NCBI GenBank assembly: GCA_964579645.1
Contig: CAZOHL010000005.1
Coordinates: 1 to 55,227, forward strand
DNA: 55,227 nucleotides
DNA from: an uncultured Rikenella sp.
GTDB taxonomy: Bacteria > Bacteroidota > Bacteroidia > Bacteroidales > VadinHA17
Direction: 5' to 3'
A program made the position numbers and the translations under genes. Shown here one piece after another: positions 1-9,642 of the stretch. The stretch's first letter is position 1, and each line of letters opens with the position of its first letter. The notes under the pieces are model-generated. The model saw only the letters and a list, made by a program, of their open reading frames with translations, was not told where the DNA came from and did not search any database.

Positions 1-53
1 AACACGTCTGACTCTGGATCAGAAAAGTTCAGGTTCGAGCCCTGACGGAGCAA
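1..53 (+). tRNA. tRNA-Gln (anticodon CTG), 3' portion only; the 5' part lies outside the window
   Basis: Anticodon stem tctga(7-11)/tcaga(19-23) with 7-nt loop ctCTGga. 5-nt variable loop. T stem tcagg(29-33)/cctga(41-45) with loop ttcgagc. 7-nt acceptor 3' strand cggagca plus discriminator a53. CCA is not encoded. Confidence 0.6.
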
Positions 54-58
54 CAGGA

Positions 59-83
59 AGCCGCACAACAATGCGGCTTTTTT
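59..83 (+). terminator. Rho-independent terminator between the convergent tRNA and permease gene (usable in both directions)
   Basis: Hairpin agccgca-caacaa-tgcggct followed by a T run. The same 25 nt recur at 16618-16642. Confidence 0.7.
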
Positions 84-119
84 GTTTATATGGAAGGGCT
101 GACCTGGTATGCCCTGTGA

Positions 120-1121
120 TTATTGACCGGCATAAATGATTGAAAAAATACCCAGCAGGAAAAGGATAAACATTACCGCGAGCTTTGAATTTGTCCCTTT
201 AGGAGAATTTTTGAATTCCTTCCAGATAAATACGCCCCACAGAGCAGCGACAAGAGTAGCTCCCTGCCCCAGTCCATAGGATATGGCAGCTCCGGCTTTA
301 CCGGCAGCAACAAGATTGAAGGAATTTCCGATACCCCATATAATCCCTCCCAGTATACCAACAAGGTGGATGGAAAACTTCCCGCTGAAATAAGCCTTAT
401 AATTGGTCGGTTCACCACTTATCGGCTTCTTCATCGCAATTGTATTGAAAATAAAATTGCTTAAGAAAACACCTATTGCAAAGATTACAGCGGCAGTATA
501 AGGCGTCATCATCCCCACGGCCGGCGACTCAAAATTTTCGAGATCCATGGAAGCGGCAACAAACCGGTAGAAAAATGACATTAATAATCCTGCCAGGATT
601 GAAATTATAATGCCTTTACTCGTTACTTTCTGATCTCCGGATGCTGTTTTCTTATATGCAAGAGCATTTACTATTATAGCCAGTGTAACCAGCCCTACAC
701 CCAAAAACAGGAATAGAGGATCGCCCTTTTGCGAACCGATGTAATTAATAATTACACCCAGCACCAGGGCTAATCCAATCCCGACAGGGAAAGCCACTGA
801 CATTCCGGCAACTGCAATTGCAGCAGATAACAGGATATTGGCAAGATTAAATATTACACCACCAAGAAATGCACTCCCGATATTTGAGATGTCAGCCTGC
901 ATAAGATCAGGTATGAAGCTCCTGCCTGCTGCTCCAATACTTCCCAGTGTAAATGCATTTATCAGTGAGAACAGTAATACCCCGATTACATAATCCCAAT
1001 AGAACAACTCATATCGCCAGGTCTTTCCGGCCAGTTTCTGTGTATTTCCCCATGAGCCCCAGCAGAGCATTGTAATGAAACACAGAAGAATCGCAAAAGG
1101 ATAACTAGATACTATGTACAT
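120..1121 (-). CDS. Polytopic sugar permease, DMT/GRP-like (candidate ribose or nucleoside-sugar transporter)
   Basis: 333 aa, about 10 hydrophobic segments, N-terminus LCWGSWGNTQK. Last gene of the PUL operon, directly downstream of ribokinase. Family assignment is from memory only. Confidence 0.55.
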   Translation of the reverse strand: MYIVSSYPFAILLCFITMLCWGSWGNTQKLAGKTWRYELFYWDYVIGVLLFSLINAFTLGSIGAAGRSFIPDLMQADISNIGSAFLGGVIFNLANILLSAAIAVAGMSVAFPVGIGLALVLGVIINYIGSQKGDPLFLFLGVGLVTLAIIVNALAYKKTASGDQKVTSKGIIISILAGLLMSFFYRFVAASMDLENFESPAVGMMTPYTAAVIFAIGVFLSNFIFNTIAMKKPISGEPTNYKAYFSGKFSIHLVGILGGIIWGIGNSFNLVAAGKAGAAISYGLGQGATLVAALWGVFIWKEFKNSPKGTNSKLAVMFILFLLGIFSIIYAGQ

Positions 1122-1167
1122 GTCTTTTCAATTTTGTAAAAGATTGCTTTATATTTTGTTACATAAT

Positions 1168-2109
1168 TTATCGTGCAAAGTTCTTCATGGCATGATGTCT
1201 TTCCTGCAAAAACTCATTGACCTCTTTTTCGGTTGGTATTGAAGGCTGTGCTCCCAATCTTGTAACACAGATTGCAGAAGCAGCCGTGGCAAAAATCAAT
1301 GATTGCTCCCAACTGTTACCACGGCCAAGCTGAGCTGCCAGAGCACCGCAGAATGTGTCTCCGGCACCAGTAGTATCAACCGTATTTACTTCAAAGGATT
1401 GTATGACAAAATGATGATTTTGGTCTTTCATTATGCACCCTCTCTTGCCTAAAGTCAGCACAACAGATTTTACCCCAAGCCCCAGCAACCTTGAAATTAT
1501 TGCATCCTCACCCAGTTTGTCAATCTTTTCTCCTGCTATGAATTCGGCCTCTGTTTCGTTTACAACCAATATATCTACAAAGTTAAGGATATCCGCCTCC
1601 AATCTGCAGGCAGGAGCTGCATTCAGTATTACCGTCTTACCTGCACCGGAAGCCACCTGACATAAGGTTCTTACTGTTTCATACGGAATTTCCATCTGCA
1701 TAAGGACGATATCTGAACTGACAATCTCCTCCTTCCTTTTAATCAGGTTGTCAGGAGTGAGTTTTTTGTTGGCGCCAGCTATTATAACTATGCAGTTCTC
1801 CCCGTTATCATCAACCCAGATCTGGGCAGTACCAGAGGGACTGTCGTCAATAATGAATGAGGAATCTGCATTCAAACCCTGTTTTTGATAGTATTTCAAA
1901 GTGTTTTCACCATTTGCATCATTCCCGAGGCAGGTAATGAATTTGACGTCTCCTCCCAGCTTGTGAGCGGCCAATGCCTGGTTTGCACCTTTGCCTCCCA
2001 TTGCCTGTAAAAAACTTTTCCCCTCAACTGTTTCACCTGCCACCGGAAACCGATCCAACCTTACGACCAGATCTGTATTTGAACTTCCTACTATCAGAAT
2101 TTTATTCAT
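1168..2109 (-). CDS. rbsK: Ribokinase (PfkB family)
   Basis: MNKILIVGSSNTDLV...FPVAGETV...GGKGANQALAA... and C-terminal DTTGAGDTFCGALA anion-hole motif typical of RbsK. Confidence 0.9.
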   Translation of the reverse strand: MNKILIVGSSNTDLVVRLDRFPVAGETVEGKSFLQAMGGKGANQALAAHKLGGDVKFITCLGNDANGENTLKYYQKQGLNADSSFIIDDSPSGTAQIWVDDNGENCIVIIAGANKKLTPDNLIKRKEEIVSSDIVLMQMEIPYETVRTLCQVASGAGKTVILNAAPACRLEADILNFVDILVVNETEAEFIAGEKIDKLGEDAIISRLLGLGVKSVVLTLGKRGCIMKDQNHHFVIQSFEVNTVDTTGAGDTFCGALAAQLGRGNSWEQSLIFATAASAICVTRLGAQPSIPTEKEVNEFLQERHHAMKNFAR

Positions 2110-2151
2110 GTTAATACTTTTATCAATAATATTCGTCTCAACGTATCTGTT

Positions 2152-4086
2152 TCACTCAATAATTGCGGCAAATCCACCACCCTTTGCCATTTTTATGGTT
2201 AATGTGCCGTCTTTATCTGCAGTCTCATCATAAAGCCTGAAATCCTTGCCCTCTTTAAAGGCATTTTCGCCATCAGCATGGATTATAATGGATTTATGAT
2301 CATTTATTGCAGGTGGTAGCTTAACCTTCAGTTCGCGAGGCTCATCTCCGTTAAGCCCTCCCACATACCAGGTTTTGCCTGACCTGCGGGCCACCACAAG
2401 GTATTCTCCTATTTTCCCCTCCAGTGGTATGGTTTCGTCCCATGTGGTCGGAATCCTGTTTATAAATTCAAAACTTGGTGTATTCTCCTCATATTTAGTC
2501 GGACTGTCAGACAGCATCTGAAGCGGACTTTCATAAACTATATACATTGCAACCTGATGGCTGCGGGTTCCCTGGCTACCAGGCTCTTTATGGTTTGCAT
2601 GAAAGGTTTCAGCCTGGGCATTTAACATGGCTCCCGGCGTATAATCCATTGGCCCTGCCCACATCCTGAGATAGGGAATAATAAGATCGTGCGTGACAGT
2701 TGCACGAGTGCTCCACTTATTATATTCCAATCCTATGACTCCTTCATAAGTCATTACATTGGGATATCTCCTTGTAATTCCGAGACATGGATACACTCCG
2801 TGGAAGTCAACAAGCAGATGATGTTCAGCCGATTTTTGAGCCACCTGGTGCAGGAAATTGACCATCCGGGCATCGTTCCGATCCATGAAGTCAATTTTTA
2901 CACCTTTTACACCCCATTTCCCAAAAGTGTCAAAAGCCTGTTCCATCTGCCTGTCGACATTTATCCACTTCGCCCATAAAATTACCCCTACTCCCTTCTC
3001 CTGAGCGTGTTTACAGATCGCCGGGATGTCAACTTCCGGATTTAATTCGAGCAGATTATCCCGTGCCGACCAGCCTTCATCAATAAGTATATATTCAATT
3101 CCGTACCGGGCGGCATAATCAATTAAATAATCATATGTTTCGGTGTTGATTCCTGAAACAAAGCTGACATTATATATGTTGCGATCGTTCCACCAGTCCC
3201 ACAATACTTTACCGGGTTTTACCCAGGAAAAATCAACGCCCGGAGATTTCTCATCAGACAATACGTAAAGCAGGTCGCTTGACAGAATGTCTGAGTCTTT
3301 CTCAAAAATCCCCATCACTCTCCAGGGGAAACTCCTGTTCAGGTTTGTTTCCACCAGGAAGTTTTCCCTCTCGGCAGCATATAATTTATTGCCATCTTCC
3401 AGGAGTTCTTCATTTAAGGGATAATATGCAAAGAGACCCTTAAATGATTTACCTGCCGGTTGCAGATACATACCCGGATAATTAACAAGGTCGGCCTCAG
3501 CCAATAATATCTTACATGACCCGGCACGAACCATTACCGGTGTGATGGAAAGCCTGTCATCAGGTAATTCTTCAATTGTTTTGATTGTGTAATCTTCTTC
3601 AAACCAGTTCTGCAGCTTATCAGTAAGTAAAGTATATGTTTCATAATTCTCCGGAAAGTTATAACAGACAGTTTCCCTGTAAACCGGTTTGACCAGGTTC
3701 TTCCTTCCTGAAAAGCGATATGCAATTCCATCATTATAGGCTCTGAATTCCACCCGGAAATCTTTATATGTCAGGATCAACTTATTATATTGATCTGATG
3801 CCGTTTTATACTTTCGGGGAACAGTGTATACAATTGTGTCATTTATGAACTGTCTGTCAACCCTCAGAACTTTTGAACTTATTCCCCAGTTTGCTTCCCC
3901 CACTTTCATCGATAAAGGGGATCTTTCAAGAATTGTCACGTCATTGTGCTTTACTGAGTAGGATAAATCTCCATCAGTAAAAATCCCGACTGTGTTTTTA
4001 CCATCCGGAGAAACCAGGACCTGATTTTGTGAGTAACCAGGAAGAACCGTTATGCACAGTATAAGGATTTCTAAAAAGTATTTCAT
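2152..4086 (-). CDS. Glycoside hydrolase family 97 (SusB-like alpha-glycosidase), secreted
   Basis: 644 aa with signal peptide. GH97-like blocks YILIDEGW, GVKGVKIDFMDRNDARMVNF, and N-terminal VSPDGKN...SYSV. Confidence 0.8.
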   Translation of the reverse strand: MKYFLEILILCITVLPGYSQNQVLVSPDGKNTVGIFTDGDLSYSVKHNDVTILERSPLSMKVGEANWGISSKVLRVDRQFINDTIVYTVPRKYKTASDQYNKLILTYKDFRVEFRAYNDGIAYRFSGRKNLVKPVYRETVCYNFPENYETYTLLTDKLQNWFEEDYTIKTIEELPDDRLSITPVMVRAGSCKILLAEADLVNYPGMYLQPAGKSFKGLFAYYPLNEELLEDGNKLYAAERENFLVETNLNRSFPWRVMGIFEKDSDILSSDLLYVLSDEKSPGVDFSWVKPGKVLWDWWNDRNIYNVSFVSGINTETYDYLIDYAARYGIEYILIDEGWSARDNLLELNPEVDIPAICKHAQEKGVGVILWAKWINVDRQMEQAFDTFGKWGVKGVKIDFMDRNDARMVNFLHQVAQKSAEHHLLVDFHGVYPCLGITRRYPNVMTYEGVIGLEYNKWSTRATVTHDLIIPYLRMWAGPMDYTPGAMLNAQAETFHANHKEPGSQGTRSHQVAMYIVYESPLQMLSDSPTKYEENTPSFEFINRIPTTWDETIPLEGKIGEYLVVARRSGKTWYVGGLNGDEPRELKVKLPPAINDHKSIIIHADGENAFKEGKDFRLYDETADKDGTLTIKMAKGGGFAAIIE

Positions 4087-4101
4087 GATACCAACCTCAG
4101 T

Positions 4102-5295
4102 CTAGTCTTTTAATATTTTGTTTGTCAGTTCAATGTAAAATTGTGGCAATGCCTTATTCATCCACACTTCGTATTTTTCCGCATCCTCTCTTTCATAGAG
4201 ATGGAAGTTTCCTTTTTCACAAAATTCATAAGTAAACAACCCGGACTCCTTCACCTTCAAAGTACAAGGGCGCAGATTCTCTTTCAAAATGACATCATCA
4301 CTGTTTACCTGCCATCCGGGCATTATTGAATACTCTCCATTACTTCGTTCAGTCAGCTTAAGCCCTGCAACCTGCATCCATATCGCAGTCTCCCACGTGC
4401 GATGTGGCCGGTCGAAGATTGATTTGTCTGCAGCGAATGCACTGTCAAGAATTGCCAGATATCCGGCCTTTATCTCCCTGTCCAGAGCATATTGTATGTA
4501 GTTCTTCAGTTTGTCAGGGTATGAATTGACAAAACTCAGGCTTGACAGAAGGTAAAAGGTATTACTGTTATCTTTTACAAAGGCATTGAACTTCGATTCA
4601 TCTTCCTTTTTTACCTCCCCTGCTGCGCAAGGATATATATTAACCGGCAGGTCTGACTCCATCACCGATACAAATGCGATTGTATCAAGGGCCACATTCC
4701 ATTCAAGAAAACCGTGATGATTATTACTTGTACCTGCCGAAATATGTATCTCTTTAACTTTGCTTTTCAACAGATCATGGTATCTGTTGTTAGCCACCGC
4801 GAGAATCCTTAAAGAACCGAATGAAACCAGTGTAACAGGCTCCGGTGATTGCTCAAGGATTTCTTTCAGGAGGTCGAGTCCCTTGGTTTCATAGTCTGAA
4901 ATGTATTCCATTTTATCATTTTTACATTTCATAGGAGAGAAAGGGCCCACTCCGTAAGGAACATTACGTTTGAAAATATAATTAAGCTGTTCAATTGCAG
5001 AGTAACCAGGGTCACGGGGGCCGTCTTCATCCCTGTATAATCCCTTGCCGGCGTTCGTTGCAATCTTCTTCCTGAATTCATTATGGCAATCCAGCAGAAC
5101 AGCCTTTAATTCTATCCCCGGCAGTATGTAGGCGTTAATCAGATCCAGATTGTCTCCCACGTCCTGGGCAGGGGAGTATAAATCAGTAATGACTATCACA
5201 GGCTTTTTGCCATCGATAGAAGAACCCTGTGCAAAGGCAAAAGGCAAAAGGCATAAAACCAGCAACCCCAATTTTGACTTATAATCCCCTGGCAT
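4102..5295 (-). CDS. Secreted protein with a nucleoside-hydrolase-like fold but a degenerate catalytic motif (tentative)
   Basis: Signal peptide MPGDYKSKLGLLVLCLLPFAFAQG (ATG at 5295; the ORF track starts at GTG 5322). VIVITDLYSPAQDVGDNLD and VTLVSFGSLRILA parallel the DTD..DD and VGPETN blocks of the neighbouring IUNH. Confidence 0.4.
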   Translation of the reverse strand: MPGDYKSKLGLLVLCLLPFAFAQGSSIDGKKPVIVITDLYSPAQDVGDNLDLINAYILPGIELKAVLLDCHNEFRKKIATNAGKGLYRDEDGPRDPGYSAIEQLNYIFKRNVPYGVGPFSPMKCKNDKMEYISDYETKGLDLLKEILEQSPEPVTLVSFGSLRILAVANNRYHDLLKSKVKEIHISAGTSNNHHGFLEWNVALDTIAFVSVMESDLPVNIYPCAAGEVKKEDESKFNAFVKDNSNTFYLLSSLSFVNSYPDKLKNYIQYALDREIKAGYLAILDSAFAADKSIFDRPHRTWETAIWMQVAGLKLTERSNGEYSIMPGWQVNSDDVILKENLRPCTLKVKESGLFTYEFCEKGNFHLYEREDAEKYEVWMNKALPQFYIELTNKILKD

Positions 5296-5328
5296 TGAAT
5301 AAATACTTCTAACCTTCGTCACGGCTGT

Positions 5329-6366
5329 CTATCTGTCAGTGACAGCGTTAACAAGTGAGGATGTAATTAATTCCTTATTTGAGTCATCGAGAACCAGGAA
5401 GTGATGCATTCCACTCTCATCCGGAGAAAATATGCTGTTTCCTTTTTCATCAATAGAAATTTTTCCCTTAGGTGATAGCCGGAAGTACTCCTTTTCAGGT
5501 TCAGCCACAATAAGTACTGAGGTCAGGTCCCAGGTAGGTCTGTCATATGGCATTTCTCCCCATTTTGAATAGGAAATACACAATGGATTCTTTACCTTAT
5601 CGGGAAAGTCTTCCTCTATACTTTTGTTTGGATATGGCACTGCAATTCCTATTTCGAAACCACTGGCAATTACCGGAACCGGGCACTGGGAGAACATAAC
5701 CTGTGCTGATTTCAGGTCTGTTATAATGTTCCATTCAGGGAACGGCTCGTTGCCGTAATTGCCCCCCATGACAGAAACGAGTTTTACCTTTTGCTTCATC
5801 AGATCGATTCCGCTTAACATGCTGTATTCGTCAGCTTCAGATTCAATCAGCCGGCAAATATTGGTTTCAGGTCCGACAACAACCAACACAACGGAACTAT
5901 CAGGTTGTTCCGACAGAATCTTTCTGATCATCTTAAATGCAACCGTTATGCTGTCAGCCAGGGACCGCTTCGGATTGAGGACTTTTTCACCGGCATATGT
6001 TGCATCCAGTGTCGGCCTCAGGTAATTTCCCTCTTCCGGGGTGGCCCCGTTATATACATACCCTAAATTTATATCCGGCAAAGAGTTAAAGTTGCAGAAA
6101 CCGTCGATATATTCTATTGCAAGAGGATGTGCCTTGCTGATGCTTATCCCCAGTAAATTCATTTCACCTCTCCTGTGATAATTCAGAATCATCTGCAAAG
6201 CGAGGACATCATCAATATCATTCCCGAGATCGGTGTCAAAAATGACCCTGACGGGTTCTGTTACTGACTGAGGTGCAGCAGATTTCTCTGACGACTTGCC
6301 CTGCCTGCCACAGAAAGTAAAAAGCACAACACAGGCTACTGACAGGACTATTGTTCTAAACGTCAT
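5329..6366 (-). CDS. Inosine/uridine-preferring nucleoside hydrolase family lipoprotein
   Basis: Lipobox LFTFCG. IUNH fingerprint VIFDTDLGNDIDDVLAL, then VLVVVGPETNICRL. Confidence 0.8.
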   Translation of the reverse strand: MTFRTIVLSVACVVLFTFCGRQGKSSEKSAAPQSVTEPVRVIFDTDLGNDIDDVLALQMILNYHRRGEMNLLGISISKAHPLAIEYIDGFCNFNSLPDINLGYVYNGATPEEGNYLRPTLDATYAGEKVLNPKRSLADSITVAFKMIRKILSEQPDSSVVLVVVGPETNICRLIESEADEYSMLSGIDLMKQKVKLVSVMGGNYGNEPFPEWNIITDLKSAQVMFSQCPVPVIASGFEIGIAVPYPNKSIEEDFPDKVKNPLCISYSKWGEMPYDRPTWDLTSVLIVAEPEKEYFRLSPKGKISIDEKGNSIFSPDESGMHHFLVLDDSNKELITSSLVNAVTDR

Positions 6367-6369
6367 GTC

Positions 6370-8007
6370 TTATTTTTTAATTGAATACTTCAGAGACTTG
6401 TCACTTTGGATGTCATAGAACATGGAGGGATCAAGCGTAAAGTTTTTTATCCTGCGTCCTACGCCGATAAACCCTACAGGATGGACGCCTCCTTCAAAAT
6501 AGTTTGTATTGGCAAAGCGCAGTGAGGGAGCCATACCGGCAGGATCCAGGATGGAAACAGCTATAATATATTTCCCTGGTTTAACGTTTGCGCTGATCTC
6601 CAGGGATTCACTAATGTTATAAACAGGAGGCCCCTCCAGATACCGGTTTTCAGTTACGCTCCAATTCTCACCGGGCATCCATTGTGAGATTTTGACCTTC
6701 TCCAGGACTTTACCCCAGACCTTTTCGTGGGTTTTGCTGTCAAGCAGACTTATTTCCACAGGCCAGTCATAATAAAATGGCGATGAACCCTGATTGGTCA
6801 GCTGAAAACCAATATTAAAAGACTCACCACAATCAACCTGCCCCGGATAGTCAAAGGATGATAAAACAAACCTGTACCCCAATGATCTCTGAAGCAAATC
6901 AGCATGAGGAATAAAACCGGGGTCATTGAAATCAGCCCATGTTATTCCTCCCAGGTGGTTACAGTGCAAATTCCTGATTTGCTCAATAACCAATTGTCTT
7001 GTGGAATCATCCTTAACACAATCCTCAAAGCTTTTGAATCCTTTGAGACCCAGGCTTCCCCAGTTCCACGTAATCTCACCTCCGATCGGCTGTGTTTTCC
7101 ACCTGTCGGCAAGCTTGAGCATTTCATTATATCCCCTGTCGATCTCCTGGTCTATTGACCATGAATCCCAATATATGCCGAATTGATAGTCCCTGAACTC
7201 ATATGCATAGCGGACCATGACCTTCTTGTTTTTAAATGCTTCCGTAAATGCATCTCCAAGAACTTTTTCGATGCCGGGCAGCCATGTCCTGCCGGCAACA
7301 TGAACCGGTTCATCATGAGGAGGCCAGTAGGTTGAAATATCGGGATCATGATGCTCGCCCCATTCACCTATTATTCCCATTTCGACATACGCAACCCGCG
7401 GGTCATTGTCCCATGCCTCTCCAATTTTTCTGACCAGGTTACTTACCCTTTCGGGGAACTCAGGAGCAAAATACCCGCCTTTGATTGGTGTTGAAATATC
7501 TTCAGGATCAACCATTGCTCCCACTGACCCGGGAATTTGTTTGTATGGCGAGTCATATTCAGGAAGCATATCCGAAGGCCAGTGAGATCCGTTCATATCG
7601 TCAGGATTATCCGGATCTTTGTCTCTTCCCCCATGCCATGGTTCAACCCAGACGACATACACCCTTGGAATAACCTTCATATTGACGTCTTCAACTCCTT
7701 CCCAGCGGTGGTTGCTGTAATCAACTATCTTTTCAACCCCATCCGAAGCGGTGTTTTCAAGCATATTCCATTGCATGTATTCCTTTACCATGGTTCCGTA
7801 GGGAAATGGATATTCCTCCCGCATTTTATCCACTCCGGGACTGAAAAACTCCCTGAAACCTTTCATCGGATTTCGAAAGGCGCTATTATACTCTTCAAGT
7901 GAAACGGACACGCCTTCCTTTGAAACAGAAACGCTGTACTGCCCCAGAACACCTGGTTCGGGAATAAGAGCAAGTACCAGGATCCATAAAATAAACGGAT
8001 TCTTCAT
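6370..8007 (-). CDS. Uncharacterised secreted hydrolase-like protein, paralog 1 (recalls DUF4832-type putative glycoside hydrolases)
   Basis: 545 aa with signal peptide. Blocks NPMKGFREF, GEWGEHHDP, GGEITW, HLGGITWADF, SSPFYYDWPVEISLLD. ATGA start/stop overlap with the upstream paralog. Confidence 0.5.
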   Translation of the reverse strand: MKNPFILWILVLALIPEPGVLGQYSVSVSKEGVSVSLEEYNSAFRNPMKGFREFFSPGVDKMREEYPFPYGTMVKEYMQWNMLENTASDGVEKIVDYSNHRWEGVEDVNMKVIPRVYVVWVEPWHGGRDKDPDNPDDMNGSHWPSDMLPEYDSPYKQIPGSVGAMVDPEDISTPIKGGYFAPEFPERVSNLVRKIGEAWDNDPRVAYVEMGIIGEWGEHHDPDISTYWPPHDEPVHVAGRTWLPGIEKVLGDAFTEAFKNKKVMVRYAYEFRDYQFGIYWDSWSIDQEIDRGYNEMLKLADRWKTQPIGGEITWNWGSLGLKGFKSFEDCVKDDSTRQLVIEQIRNLHCNHLGGITWADFNDPGFIPHADLLQRSLGYRFVLSSFDYPGQVDCGESFNIGFQLTNQGSSPFYYDWPVEISLLDSKTHEKVWGKVLEKVKISQWMPGENWSVTENRYLEGPPVYNISESLEISANVKPGKYIIAVSILDPAGMAPSLRFANTNYFEGGVHPVGFIGVGRRIKNFTLDPSMFYDIQSDKSLKYSIKK

Positions 8008-9635
8008 TTACTGGAAATCACGTATTTAAGTGTTACGTCGTTTACGATATCATCAAACAGCTTTGAGTCGAGGCGATATTCATCCAATTCCTGTCCGACG
8101 CCTATGTAACCCATAGGATGCCTTCCTCCCTGGAAATAATTCCTGGTGGCAAAACGAATTGAAGGAAGCATTCCCGCCGGGTCAAGAATAGCGATGGAGA
8201 CAATATATTTTCCATTACCAATACCGGAATCAACTGTTAACTTCCTTGTAACTGTAAAGGTCTCTGCCTCTTCCTCATAAGCTTTCAGAGAGGGATTCCA
8301 TTTATCGCCGGGCATCCAACCGGTTATATTCACATCAGAAAGGATTGTTGACCAGACCGGCTTATGGGTTGTGGCATCAAGAAGTGAAATCTCGACAGGC
8401 CAGTTATAATAAAACGGAGACGACCCTGTATTGACGACGCTGAACGAAACCTCGAACGGGACACCCGGGACTATTTTCTTTTCATAATTGAATGATTTAA
8501 GAACAAAATGATACCCAAGGATTTTCTGAATCTGAGAAACGTTGTTTATAAATTCCTTTTTGGAAAAATCGGCCCAGGTAATCCCGCCAAGATGGTTGGT
8601 ATGCAGTGTCCTGATCTGGTTTATTATAAGATTTCTTGTCCCTTCATTTGCAACACAATCTTCAAAGCTTCTGTATCCAGCGCTGTACAGGCTTCCCCAT
8701 CCCCAGGTAATCTCACCTCCCATCGGTTGCGTTTTCCATCTGTCGGGATTATACCTGAGTATTGAATTATAACCCCTTTCCGTTTCCTCGTCAATAGCAA
8801 AAGAGTCCCAATAGTTACCAAACTGATAATCCTGAAAATCATAAGCATAGCGAACCATGACCTTTTTATTTTTGAAAGCTTCCTTAAAAGCATCACCCAG
8901 GACTTTTTCGATACCCGGGACCCAGGTTCTGTTATCAACGTGATATGGTTGATAAATTGGTTTCCAGAATGTTGAAATGCAGGGATCGTGGTGTTCCCCC
9001 CATTCGCCGATCAGCCCCATTTCCACATAAGCAACCCGTGGGTCATTATCCCATGCCTCACCAAGCTTCTTTACAAGCTTTTGCATACGCTCTGCAAAAT
9101 TGGGATCAAAATAACCCCCGGTGCTCGGGGTGTCATTGTTATCAGAGCGCACCTCGGCAGGAAAATCACTGGGCCAATGCCATCCGTTCAAATCATCAGG
9201 ATTATCAGTATAGGTGTTTTTCGGATACCCGCCCTCATACTCTTCCATCCAGACGATAAAAGGCCTGGGAATAACTTTCATATTTATGTCTTCGACTCCC
9301 TCCCAGCGGTGGTTGCTATATTGAATTACCTTATCAACGCCATCAGTTTCAATATTTTCCATCATATTCCACTGCATGTACTCTTTAATGATTGATCCAT
9401 ATGGCAGCGGATATCCGGAACGCTTTGTATCATACCCCGGGCCAAAGTATTCCCGCAATCCCTTCATGGGATTGCGGAAAGCTTTGACATATTCGAACGG
9501 AGTGACATAAACCACATCGCCCTTCACCTCTGTGTCCAAAACAACCGGGATGGGTTCCTCACCCCTCTCTGTACATCCGGTGAGAAAAAATGCACTTAAG
9601 ACACCAACAATTATTATTCTCAGTAAACAGTTCAT
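8004..9635 (-). CDS. Uncharacterised hydrolase-like lipoprotein, paralog 2 of 6370..8007
   Basis: 543 aa, lipobox LTGC. Shares long identical runs with paralog 1: GEAWDNDPRVAYVEMG, PGIEKVLGDAF, EAFKNKKVMVRYAY, HLGGITWADF. Confidence 0.5.
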   Translation of the reverse strand: MNCLLRIIIVGVLSAFFLTGCTERGEEPIPVVLDTEVKGDVVYVTPFEYVKAFRNPMKGLREYFGPGYDTKRSGYPLPYGSIIKEYMQWNMMENIETDGVDKVIQYSNHRWEGVEDINMKVIPRPFIVWMEEYEGGYPKNTYTDNPDDLNGWHWPSDFPAEVRSDNNDTPSTGGYFDPNFAERMQKLVKKLGEAWDNDPRVAYVEMGLIGEWGEHHDPCISTFWKPIYQPYHVDNRTWVPGIEKVLGDAFKEAFKNKKVMVRYAYDFQDYQFGNYWDSFAIDEETERGYNSILRYNPDRWKTQPMGGEITWGWGSLYSAGYRSFEDCVANEGTRNLIINQIRTLHTNHLGGITWADFSKKEFINNVSQIQKILGYHFVLKSFNYEKKIVPGVPFEVSFSVVNTGSSPFYYNWPVEISLLDATTHKPVWSTILSDVNITGWMPGDKWNPSLKAYEEEAETFTVTRKLTVDSGIGNGKYIVSIAILDPAGMLPSIRFATRNYFQGGRHPMGYIGVGQELDEYRLDSKLFDDIVNDVTLKYVISSK

Positions 9636-9642
9636 CTGTATT

